The position numbers and the translations under genes are program-made. The notes beneath the pieces were generated by a model. It did no database searches and was not told the DNA's origin. It worked only from the letters and a program-made list of their open reading frames with translations. From positions 1 to 27,752 of the forward strand of contig CAXTVL010000002.1 in assembly GCA_964247515.1 (NCBI GenBank): 27,752 nucleotides of DNA, read 5' to 3'. Below are positions 19,082 to 27,549 of the stretch, piece after piece; positions within the stretch are counted from its first letter, which is position 1; every line of letters begins with the position of its first letter. The DNA is from an uncultured Acetobacteraceae bacterium. Its GTDB lineage: Bacteria > Pseudomonadota > Alphaproteobacteria > Acetobacterales > Acetobacteraceae.

Positions 19082-19924
19082 TCATCCTTTCACCGCGCCT
19101 GCCGAGAGGCCGGCGACCAAGTAGCGCTGCAACACCGCGAAAAACAAACAGGCGGGGATCAGGCCCAGCACGGCGGCCGCCATCATCTGCCCCCAATCGA
19201 CCGCGAACTTGCCGATGAAGGTGAGCAGGCCGACGGCGAACGTCTTGCTGCCCTCGTCGTTGATGAGCATGAGCGCGAACAGCAGCTCGCTCCAGGCGGC
19301 GGTGAACACGAAGCCGACCGTGGCGCCCATGCCGGGCAGCGTCAGCGGCAGCACGACGCGCACGATCGCCTGCGGGCGGGTGCAGCCGTCGATGGTGGCG
19401 GCCTCCTCCAGCTCGCGCGGGATGCCGTCGAGGAAGGACTGCATCAGGAAGCTCGCGAACGGCACGTTGAAGGCGGTGTAGACGATGACCAGGCCCAGGA
19501 GCGAGTTGGTCAGATGCAATGTCGCCATGATGCGGTAGAGCGGCGGGATCACCATCACCAGCGGGAAGGTCTGCGTCAGCAGCAGCAGCAAGGCGACCGT
19601 CGCCTTGCCGCGGAACGCCAGGCGCGACAGGGCGTAGCCGGCGGCCGAGGCGATGGCGGTCGCGGCCAGCGCGGTCGCCACCGAGACGGTGATCGAGTTG
19701 ACGAAGTAGCGCGGGAAGTCGCTCTCGCGCAGCACCCGCGCGTAGTTGGCCAGCGTGGTGACCGAGGGCCACAGCGGCGTGCCCTCGGTGTAGAGCAACT
19801 GTCCGGGTGTCACGCTGATCTTGACCGTCCAGAACAGCGGGAACAGCGCGAACACCACGTAGGCCCCGAGTGCCGTCACGAAGCCGGCCTGCGCCAGCGG
19901 GCGCGTGCCTCGTCCCGCGATCAT
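19082..19924 (-). CDS. Carbohydrate ABC (CUT1) permease, MalG-like (280 aa)
   Basis: FPRYFVNSI, AAGYALSRL, EAA loop IPRELEEAATIDGC, AAWSELLFAL, QRYLVAGLSAGAVKG. Confidence 0.92.
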   Translation of the reverse strand: MIAGRGTRPLAQAGFVTALGAYVVFALFPLFWTVKISVTPGQLLYTEGTPLWPSVTTLANYARVLRESDFPRYFVNSITVSVATALAATAIASAAGYALSRLAFRGKATVALLLLLTQTFPLVMVIPPLYRIMATLHLTNSLLGLVIVYTAFNVPFASFLMQSFLDGIPRELEEAATIDGCTRPQAIVRVVLPLTLPGMGATVGFVFTAAWSELLFALMLINDEGSKTFAVGLLTFIGKFAVDWGQMMAAAVLGLIPACLFFAVLQRYLVAGLSAGAVKG

Positions 19925-20784
19925 GCGTAGCGCCGCCGCAGCCGGATCAGCACCAGCGCGTAGGCGAGCAGCAGCGCCAAAAGCAGGATCGACACGGCGC
20001 TGGCATAGCCCTTGTCGAGCGAGGTGAACGCTGTGACGTAGACGTAGGTGGCGACGGTGTTGGTCGATCCCGCCGGGCCGCCCCGGGTCATGACGAAGAT
20101 CAGGTCGGCGAAGGTCGCGATCCAGATGGTGCGCAGCATCACCGTGATCGCGATGGTGGGGGTGAGGAAGGGCAGGGTGATCTGCGCGAAGCGGTCCCAG
20201 CCGCTCGCCCCGTCGATGGCGGCCGCCTCGTACAGCTCCGCCGGGATGGTCTTCAGCGCCGCGAGGATGGTGATGGCGAAGAACGGCACGCCGAACCAGA
20301 CATTGGCGGTGATCGGCCCCCACATCGCGGTCGCGGGGTCGGACAGGATGCTGGTCTGCGGCGTGCCGATGCCCAGTGCGGCCATCCAACGCGGCAGCGG
20401 CCCGATCACCGGGTTGAGCAGCCAGGCCCAGGTCAGCCCGGCCAGGAACGTCGGCACCGCCCAGGGCAGGAACACCAGCGCCTGCACAACGGGGCGGCCG
20501 AGGAACTGGCGGTTGAGCAGCATCGCGAGGCCCAAGCCAAGGCCGAACTGGAGCACGAGGCTGGCCGCGGTCCACCAAAGCGTGTTGCGCAGCGCCTCGC
20601 CCAGCACCGGGTCGTGCAGCATCCGCGCGTACTGGCCGAGCCCCACATAGTCCGAGCGGAACGCGCCGAAGTGCCGCAGCGAGAATCCCACGCCCACGAT
20701 CAGCGGCACCAGCAGGACGCAGCCGAGCAGCACCAGCGCCGGGGCAAGGTACAGCCAGGGCTCGACGACCCGCCGCAACGCCAC
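19921..20784 (-). CDS. Carbohydrate ABC (CUT1) permease, MalF-like (287 aa)
   Basis: GTG start 14 nt after the SBP stop; PWLYLAPAL, VGLGQYARML, FLPWAVP, EAA loop IPAELYEAAAIDGAS, MTRGGPAGST; ATGA overlap with the next permease. Confidence 0.9.
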   Translation of the reverse strand: MALRRVVEPWLYLAPALVLLGCVLLVPLIVGVGFSLRHFGAFRSDYVGLGQYARMLHDPVLGEALRNTLWWTAASLVLQFGLGLGLAMLLNRQFLGRPVVQALVFLPWAVPTFLAGLTWAWLLNPVIGPLPRWMAALGIGTPQTSILSDPATAMWGPITANVWFGVPFFAITILAALKTIPAELYEAAAIDGASGWDRFAQITLPFLTPTIAITVMLRTIWIATFADLIFVMTRGGPAGSTNTVATYVYVTAFTSLDKGYASAVSILLLALLLAYALVLIRLRRRYA

Positions 20785-20798
20785 GCGGCGGGCGGCCG

Positions 20799-22067
20799 CT
20801 ACTTCGAGGCCTTCTTCAGGTAGGCCTGCTGCTCGCCGCCGAGATAGGACGCCCATTCGTCCGCGACCGACTGCGCCGTGCGCTGCCCGAGCAGCGCCTG
20901 CTGGTAGGTCTTGATGGCGATGTTGTCGTAGAAGTTGCCGAAGTTCTCCAGATGCGACGGCACCGAGACCAGGACGTAGTGCTTGGGGTCGTTCAGCTCG
21001 GCGAACCAGCCGGCGAACTTGTCGCTGGCGAAGTACGGGTCGTTCGTCGCGGTCTTGTAGATCGGCAGCGTCCCCACGAACTTCGACCAGGCAAGGTTGT
21101 TGTCGGGCGCTCCGAGGGCCGCGATCAGCTTCCAGGACGCCTCCTTGTCGTGCGAGTTGGCGAACATCGCCCAGCCGCTGTAGCCGAGCGAGGGGAACGC
21201 CCGCCCGCCCGGTCCGGTCGGCAGTGGCGTGACACCGAAATCGGACGCCGGCATCTTGTCGGCGATGCCGAGCAGGGCGTCGGGGTCCTGGTCGAGCAGG
21301 GCGCAGGTGCCGGAGTAGAAGCCGGACACCACCTCGTTGAACGCCCAGCCGACGCTGTCCTTGGGCGCGTAGCCGTGGCGATAGATGTCGACCAGCGTCT
21401 GCAAGCCCTTGACCGAACCCGGCTCGGCGAAGGTCGATGTGCCATCGGCGTTGAAGTAGCCGGGCTTGTCGTCCATCGTGTTCATGAAGATCTGCACGCC
21501 GCCGGTGCCGCCGGGGCCGCCGCGCAGGCAGTAGCCGTACTTGCCGGGCGTGGCGCTGATCTTGGCGCTGTCGGCCACGAACTCGTCCATCGTCTTGGGC
21601 GGGGCGGCGATCCCGGCCTGAGCGAACAGCTTCTTGTTCCAGAACATCGCGCGCACGTAGTAGCCGTACGGCAGCATGTACATCTTGCCGTCGACCACCG
21701 AGCCGAGCTGGGTCGCGCGCTCGCCGAGATCCTTCGCGTTCGGCCATTTCGCGATCCACGGGCCGAGGTCCTGAAGCTGCGCGTTGTTGGCGTAGAGGCC
21801 GAGCCAGCGCTCCGGCATCTCGACCACGTCGGGCGTGTCGCCGGCTTGGACCATGTTGAGGAACTTCTCGAACGCCTGGCCCCAGGGCAGCGACGTCACC
21901 TCGACATGGGTGCCGGGATTGGCCTGCTCGAAGGCGGCCACTTGCTTCTTCAGCAGCTCGGTGCGCGGCGGGCTGGTGATGACCTCGACCAGCTTCAGCG
22001 TGGTGTCGGCGACCGCAGGCGTTGCGAGCGTCGCCGCCACGACGGCGGCCATCCAGGTCCGGATCAT
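20799..22067 (-). CDS. Carbohydrate ABC (CUT1) substrate-binding protein (422 aa)
   Basis: GGAGAG RBS; Sec signal MIRTWMAAVVAATLATPAVA; FEQANPG, GDTPDVVEM, YMLPYGYYVRAMFWNKKLF, PPKTMDEF. Confidence 0.9.
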   Translation of the reverse strand: MIRTWMAAVVAATLATPAVADTTLKLVEVITSPPRTELLKKQVAAFEQANPGTHVEVTSLPWGQAFEKFLNMVQAGDTPDVVEMPERWLGLYANNAQLQDLGPWIAKWPNAKDLGERATQLGSVVDGKMYMLPYGYYVRAMFWNKKLFAQAGIAAPPKTMDEFVADSAKISATPGKYGYCLRGGPGGTGGVQIFMNTMDDKPGYFNADGTSTFAEPGSVKGLQTLVDIYRHGYAPKDSVGWAFNEVVSGFYSGTCALLDQDPDALLGIADKMPASDFGVTPLPTGPGGRAFPSLGYSGWAMFANSHDKEASWKLIAALGAPDNNLAWSKFVGTLPIYKTATNDPYFASDKFAGWFAELNDPKHYVLVSVPSHLENFGNFYDNIAIKTYQQALLGQRTAQSVADEWASYLGGEQQAYLKKASK

Positions 22068-22080
22068 GTGTTCTCTCCCA

Positions 22081-23262
22081 TTAGGTCGTGGCAACGGCGA
22101 GGGCTCGTTCGAGATCGTTCCACAGGCTTTCGACATCCTCCAGCCCGACGTTGAGCCGGACCAGGCGCTCGGTCACGCCGAATTCGGACAGCGAGTTGAC
22201 GCCCGGGGTCTGCCGCAGCGTCGCCATGGCCGGCACCACCAGGCTCTCGTGCCCACCCCAGCTGATGCCGATGCGGAACACCTGCAGCGCGTCGACGAAG
22301 CGCGGGACGTCCACCGCCTCGTCCGCCTCGAACGAGAACAGGCCGGTGGTGCCCGCGAGCGTGGCGCGGCCGGGATGGTTCGCGAAGGCCGGGTGGTGCA
22401 CGCGGGTCACGCGAGGATCCGCGCGCAGCCGCTCGGCCAGCGTCAGTCCCGCGCGTTCGTGCTGCAACAGGCGCAGCGGCAGCGTGCGCAGGCCGCGCAG
22501 CAGGAGCCATGCCTCGAACGGCGACAGCTTGGCGCCCAGCACCGGGTAGGCGCGGGTGTTGACCTGCGCCATGTGCGCCGCCGAGCCGGACAGCACGCCG
22601 GCCACCACGTCCGAGTGCCCGCCGATGTATTTCGACGCCGAGTGCAGCACGAGGTCGACGCCGTGGGCGATCGGCTGCTGGAACAGCGGGGTCGCCCAGG
22701 AATTGTCGATGACGCTGACAATGCCCTGCGCCCGCGCCGCCGCCGCCAGGCGCGGCAGCTCCTGCAGCTCGAACACCATCGAAGTCGGGCTCTCCAGGTA
22801 GAGCATGGTCGCACCGGGTAGGGCCGCGATCACTGCCTCGGCGTCGCTGCCGTCGACGTACTGCACGGTGATGCCGAGGTTCGGCAGCAGCCGCTCGAAC
22901 AGCCGGAACGCGTCGCCGTACAGGTGGCGGACGGCGACGATGCGCTGGCCGGCGCCCACGAAGCCCAGCACCGCGGCGCTGATCGCCGCCATGCCGGAGG
23001 AGAACGCCCGCGACGCCTCGGCTCCCTCCAGTGCCGCGATGCGGCTCTCGAACTCCATCACCGTGGGGTTGTCGCCCCGGCTGTAGATCGGGCGGCGGAC
23101 GGTGCCCGCGAAGGCGTCGGCCATGTCGGCGTAGCTGCGGAAGGTGAACAGCGAGGTCTGGTAGATCGGCGGCACCACCGGGTCCTGCGGCAGGTCGCCG
23201 TCATGCGCCAGGAGCGTCGCGGCGCGGGCGAGGATGGCGGCGCGGTCGGGATGAGGTTCCAC
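22081..23262 (-). CDS. PLP-dependent trans-sulfuration family enzyme (cystathionine beta-lyase/gamma-synthase/Met gamma-lyase-like), about 393 aa
   Basis: VVPPIYQTSLF, YSRGDNPT, FSSGMAAI, YLESPTS, IDNSWATP, Schiff-base motif HSASKYIGGHSD, RGLRTLPLR, SWGGHESL, RLNVGLED. GTG start uncertain. Confidence 0.88.
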   Translation of the reverse strand: MEPHPDRAAILARAATLLAHDGDLPQDPVVPPIYQTSLFTFRSYADMADAFAGTVRRPIYSRGDNPTVMEFESRIAALEGAEASRAFSSGMAAISAAVLGFVGAGQRIVAVRHLYGDAFRLFERLLPNLGITVQYVDGSDAEAVIAALPGATMLYLESPTSMVFELQELPRLAAAARAQGIVSVIDNSWATPLFQQPIAHGVDLVLHSASKYIGGHSDVVAGVLSGSAAHMAQVNTRAYPVLGAKLSPFEAWLLLRGLRTLPLRLLQHERAGLTLAERLRADPRVTRVHHPAFANHPGRATLAGTTGLFSFEADEAVDVPRFVDALQVFRIGISWGGHESLVVPAMATLRQTPGVNSLSEFGVTERLVRLNVGLEDVESLWNDLERALAVATT

Positions 23263-23294
23263 GCCGCCTGGGTGGCACGGGGCGGCGAGGGCCG

Positions 23295-24437
23295 TCAATT
23301 CAGCCGGTCGAGCAAGGCGTCCATCATGCGGTCGCAACGCTCGAGCTGGTCGCGGGTGACGAACTCGTCGGCCTTGTGGCCCTGCTCCATCGACCCCGGC
23401 CCGCACACCACGCAGGGCACCCCGAGGCGCCGCTGGAACAGCCCGGCCTCGGTGCCGAACGCCACCTTGCCCAACGGTCCCGGCCCGGACAGCGCACGCG
23501 CGAGAGACACCACGGGGGCGTCGAGCGGTGTGTCGAGGCCAGGATAGTCGTTGGTCACTTCGATGGCGATGTCGGCCTGCGGAAAGCGCCGCCGCGCCGC
23601 CCGCACCAGTTCGGCGGCGTCGGCCTCGACGTCGCGCAGCACGGCACCGGCGTCGTCGGCGCCGATGTTGCGGATCTCGAACGCCACGTCGCAGCGGTCG
23701 GGCACGATGTTGGGCACCAGGCCGCCGGCGATATGGGCCACGTGCAACGTGGTGTACGGCACGTCGTACGCGGCGTCCCGCGAGACACCCTCGGCCAGCA
23801 GCGCCTGCCGTCGCCGCAGTCGGCCCACCAGGTCGGTCGCGAGATGGATGGCGTTCAGTGCCCGTGGCGCCAGTGCCGTGTGCGCCGCGGTGCCGCAGCA
23901 GGTGGCGCGCGCTGCGATCTTGCCCTTGTGCCCGGTCATCACCGCCATGCCGGTCGGCTCGCCCACGATGCAGAACTCGGGGCGCAGGCCGGACGCCGCC
24001 AGCCGGTCGAGCATGTCGCGCACGCCGAGGCAGCCGAGTTCCTCGTCGTACGAGAACGCCAGGTGCAGCGGCCGCCGGAGTCCGCGCCCGGCTGCCAGCG
24101 TGGCGGCGCGCAACGCGCAGGCCAGGAAGCCCTTCATGTCGGCCGTCCCGCGCCCGAGCAGCCTGCCGTCACGCTCGGTCAGGCGGAACGGGTCGCTGGT
24201 CCAGGCCTGGCCGTCGGGCGGCACCACGTCGGTGTGGCCGGACAGCACCACGCCGCCCGGGCCGTCGCCCACCGTCGCGAACAGGTTCGCCTTGCGCGCG
24301 TCGGGACTGCCGAACAGCCGCGCGCCGATGCCGTGCTCGGCCAGCAGGTCGCGCGCGAAGCCGATCAGCTCGAGGTTGCTCTCACGGCTCACGGTCGGGA
24401 ACGCGATCAGCCGATCCAGCAGGGCCACGCTGTCCAC
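23295..24437 (-). CDS. M20A metallo-amidohydrolase, acetylornithine deacetylase (ArgE)-like (380 aa)
   Basis: LIAFPTVSRESN, LSGHTDVVP, GRGTADMKG, YDEELG, IVGEPT, GHKG, FGTEAGLF, GHKADE; GAGGAG RBS inside the regulator's last codons. Confidence 0.9.
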   Translation of the reverse strand: MDSVALLDRLIAFPTVSRESNLELIGFARDLLAEHGIGARLFGSPDARKANLFATVGDGPGGVVLSGHTDVVPPDGQAWTSDPFRLTERDGRLLGRGTADMKGFLACALRAATLAAGRGLRRPLHLAFSYDEELGCLGVRDMLDRLAASGLRPEFCIVGEPTGMAVMTGHKGKIAARATCCGTAAHTALAPRALNAIHLATDLVGRLRRRQALLAEGVSRDAAYDVPYTTLHVAHIAGGLVPNIVPDRCDVAFEIRNIGADDAGAVLRDVEADAAELVRAARRRFPQADIAIEVTNDYPGLDTPLDAPVVSLARALSGPGPLGKVAFGTEAGLFQRRLGVPCVVCGPGSMEQGHKADEFVTRDQLERCDRMMDALLDRLN

Positions 24438-24442
24438 GCCCG

Positions 24443-25438
24443 CTACTCCTCGCCTGCCACCAGCCGGGCGGCGTCGCCGTCGATCACCAGGCCGCGCACC
24501 ACGCCGGTGCGCAGCAGCGCCCGCACCGCCGCCACCTTCTGCAGGCCGCCAGCCACCAGCACCACGTCGCGCTGACGCAGCCGCTCGAACTCCAGCGCCA
24601 GCGTGCGGTGGGCGAGTTCATGGTCGATCTCGGCCCCGTTCGCGTCGAACAGCCGGCCCAGCGAGTCGGCGACCGCACCTCGGGCGCGCACGCTGCGCAG
24701 TTCGGCCGGCGACAACATGCCCTGCACGCGCAGGAACGCGGTCTCGGCGAGCTCGCCCACGCTGACCAGATAGAGGTCGGCCGAGCGTGCCAGGTCCAAG
24801 GCCTCGGCCACGGTGCGCTGCGACATCAGTACCGCGCGGTCGGCCACGCTGTCGGCGATGAACGGCACCGGCAGGAAGTGGCCCTCGCCGCCGGTGCGCG
24901 CCGCCAGCGCCTGCACCACCTCGAACGGGTTGGAGGCCGAGTTGCGGGTGAGCGAGCCCATCAGCGAGACGAACCGCGCCTGCGGGTTCTGCGCGCCCGA
25001 GAGATGCAGCGCCATCTGCTCCAACGTGCGGCCCCAGCTGACACCCACGGTGATCGGGCGTCCGGTCGCCAGCTTGCCCTTGAGGAAATTGGCGGCCGCC
25101 GCCCCGACACCGCGCCGGGCGATCGCCTCCTGCGCCGCGGCCAGCGTCGGATCGCCGCTGGCGTCGAAGCCCATGGCGGGCGTCGCCAGGCAGAAATCCA
25201 AGCCGTGGCGCCGGGCGATGGCATCCTCGACGCCGAGGTCGCGGATCGCCTCGTGGTTGATGGTGACGCTGACCAGGCCCCGCTCGCGCGCCTCGGCCAG
25301 CAGGCGGACCACGCGGCTGCGGTGCAGGCCGAGCCGCCCGGCCACCTCCTCCTGGGTCAGTCCGCCGACATGGTACAGCCAGGCGGCGCGCACCATGATC
25401 GCCGCGTCCGGCTCGTGCGCGAGATTGAGCGTCAGCAT
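24443..25438 (-). CDS. Sugar-binding transcriptional regulator, SorC/DeoR/LsrR family (331 aa)
   Basis: RAAWLYHVGGLTQEEVAGRLGLHRSRVVRLLAEARERGLV HTH; GVSWGRTL, AVRALLRTG..GLVIDGDAA effector-domain motifs. Confidence 0.92.
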   Translation of the reverse strand: MLTLNLAHEPDAAIMVRAAWLYHVGGLTQEEVAGRLGLHRSRVVRLLAEARERGLVSVTINHEAIRDLGVEDAIARRHGLDFCLATPAMGFDASGDPTLAAAQEAIARRGVGAAAANFLKGKLATGRPITVGVSWGRTLEQMALHLSGAQNPQARFVSLMGSLTRNSASNPFEVVQALAARTGGEGHFLPVPFIADSVADRAVLMSQRTVAEALDLARSADLYLVSVGELAETAFLRVQGMLSPAELRSVRARGAVADSLGRLFDANGAEIDHELAHRTLALEFERLRQRDVVLVAGGLQKVAAVRALLRTGVVRGLVIDGDAARLVAGEE

Positions 25439-25546
25439 GGCGCGACGATACCGCTTGACTTCCGCGATGCCTAACGACGAATGTTCGTGCTGGAGCAATT
25501 GTCGCGGCGCACGTCAGATGTGTCGGAGCGTGAGGAAATGGTCGCA

Positions 25547-26566
25547 ATGACGCTGCCCAACACGCCCTTGGCGGAGCTCTATCGCACCATGCGGCGCATC
25601 CGCAGCTTCGAGGAGCGGGTGGCGGAACTGTATGCCCGTGGGCTCTCCGCCGGCTCGATGCTGCACCTGTCGATTGGCGAGGAGGGGGCGGCGGCCGGGG
25701 TCGCCGCCGCGATGCGGCCGCAGGACAGCTTCACCACGCACCATCGCGGCCACGGCATCTTCCTGGCGCGTGGCGCCGACCCCGCTCGGATGATGGCCGA
25801 GATCGGCGGCAAGGAGAGCGGCTACTGCCGCGGCAAGGGCGGCTCCATGCACATCGCCGACATGGCGCTGGGCCATCTCGGCGCCAACGCCATCGTGGGC
25901 GGCGGCATCCCGCACGTCGTCGGCGCCGGGCTCAGCTACAAGGCCAAGAAGACCGACGCCATCTCGGTCGCCTTCTTCGGCGACGGCGCCATGCAGCAGG
26001 GCGTGCTGTACGAGAGCATGAACATGGCCGCCCTGTGGGACCTGCCGGTGCTGTTCGTCTGCATCAACAACCAGTACGGCATGGGTACCCGGATCGACCT
26101 CGCCACCCGCTCGGTCGAGTTCGACCGCAGGGCCGAGGCGTTCGGCCTCGCCGCCACCATGGTCGACGGCGAGGACGTGGAGGCGGTGTTCCACGCGGCA
26201 CAGGCGCTGGCCGACGGCGCGCGGGCCGGCAAGCCCGGCTTCATGGCGATCTCCTGCTTCCGCTTCTTCGGCCACGGCCGCATGGACAAGAGTCCGTACC
26301 GCACCGCCGAGGAGGAGGCGTTGGGCCGCAAGCGCGACCCGATCGCGCGCGCCCGCACCGCGTTGCTGGAACGCGGCCAGATGGGCGAGGCGGCGCTCGA
26401 CCGGCTCGACGCCGAAGTGGCGCAGGAGATGGACGCCACCATCGACTTCACCGCCGCGGCGAGCGATCCGGCCCCCGCCAGCATGTTCCGCGACGTCTAC
26501 GGGCCGGGCGAGCCGGAGCCGGAGCCTTTGAGCCACCGGCTCGACCGCATCCTGGCGCGGGCCTGA
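25547..26566 (+). CDS. TPP-dependent dehydrogenase E1 alpha subunit, AcoA/PdhA-like (339 aa; alternative start 25538)
   Basis: MRRIRSFEE, HRGHG, CRGKGGSMHIAD, GANAIVGGG, TPP motif GDGA...NN (FFGDGAMQQG...CINNQYG). Confidence 0.92.
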   Translation: MTLPNTPLAELYRTMRRIRSFEERVAELYARGLSAGSMLHLSIGEEGAAAGVAAAMRPQDSFTTHHRGHGIFLARGADPARMMAEIGGKESGYCRGKGGSMHIADMALGHLGANAIVGGGIPHVVGAGLSYKAKKTDAISVAFFGDGAMQQGVLYESMNMAALWDLPVLFVCINNQYGMGTRIDLATRSVEFDRRAEAFGLAATMVDGEDVEAVFHAAQALADGARAGKPGFMAISCFRFFGHGRMDKSPYRTAEEEALGRKRDPIARARTALLERGQMGEAALDRLDAEVAQEMDATIDFTAAASDPAPASMFRDVYGPGEPEPEPLSHRLDRILARA

Positions 26567-27549
26567 TGGCCGCCACCGAGATCACCTATCGCGACGCGCT
26601 GCGCCAGGCGTTGCAGGACGCCATGCGGGCCGACCCCGACATCGTGGTGATCGGCGAGGAGGTCGGCGTCTATGGCGGCGCCTACGGCGTCACCAAGGAT
26701 TTGATCGCCGAGTTCGGCGCGGGCAGGCTGATCGACACGCCGATCAGCGAGCCGGGCCTGGTGGGCGTCGCCGTGGGTGCCGCGATGACCGGGCTGCGGC
26801 CGGTGGCGGAGCTGATGTACGTCGATTTCCTGGGCTTGGTCATGGACCAGTTGGCCAACCAGGCGGCCAAGATCCGCTACATGTTCGGCGGCCAGATCGG
26901 CGTGCCGATGGTGCTGCGCACGCAAGGCGGCACTGGCCGGTCGGCCGGGGCGCAGCACTCGCAAAGCCTGGAGGGCTGGATCATGCACACGCCCGGCCTG
27001 CGCCTCGCGATGCCGGCGACGGCGCTGGACGCCTACCATTTGCTGCGCCACAGCCTGACGCTGCCCGACCCCGTCGTGTTCATCGAGCACAAGGCATTGT
27101 ACACGCGTCGCCAGATGGCCGATCTCGCGGCACCGCCGGTGCCGTGGGGGCAGGCGGTGGTGCGCCGCGCCGGCGGGCACGCGACGCTCGTGACCTATTC
27201 GCGCATGGTCCACGTCGCCCTCGCCGCCGCCGAGACGCTGAGCGGCGAGGGGATCGCGCTCGAGGTCATCGACCTGCGCACGCTGAACCCGCTGGACATG
27301 GCGTCCGTGGCGGGCTCGGTGCAGCGGACCGGGCGCGCGGTGGTGGTGAGCGAGGGGCCACTCACCGGCGGTGTCGCGGCCGAGCTTGCCGCGCGCATCT
27401 CGGAGGAATGCTTCGACTACCTGGAGGATCCGGTGCTGCGCCTGGCCGGGGAGGATATCCCGATCCCGGTCTCCCCCGCGCTGGAGGGAGCGAGCATCCC
27501 GACCGCCGAGCTGATCGCAGCCACCGTGCGGCGGATGCTGCGGCCATGA
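26566..27549 (+). CDS. TPP-dependent dehydrogenase E1 beta subunit, AcoB/PdhB-like (327 aa)
   Basis: TGATG overlap; GEEVGVYGGAYGVTKDL, IDTPISE, GLRPVAELM, AQHSQSLE, EVIDLRTLNPLD, SVQRTGR. Confidence 0.93.
   Translation: MAATEITYRDALRQALQDAMRADPDIVVIGEEVGVYGGAYGVTKDLIAEFGAGRLIDTPISEPGLVGVAVGAAMTGLRPVAELMYVDFLGLVMDQLANQAAKIRYMFGGQIGVPMVLRTQGGTGRSAGAQHSQSLEGWIMHTPGLRLAMPATALDAYHLLRHSLTLPDPVVFIEHKALYTRRQMADLAAPPVPWGQAVVRRAGGHATLVTYSRMVHVALAAAETLSGEGIALEVIDLRTLNPLDMASVAGSVQRTGRAVVVSEGPLTGGVAAELAARISEECFDYLEDPVLRLAGEDIPIPVSPALEGASIPTAELIAATVRRMLRP

Noticed and set aside
23295-24437. Assigning argE, and likewise metC/metB, tauABC, mntH, pdhAB or xdhABC gene symbols
   Set aside because: Family membership is clear, but context and motif deviations do not support those specific functions.
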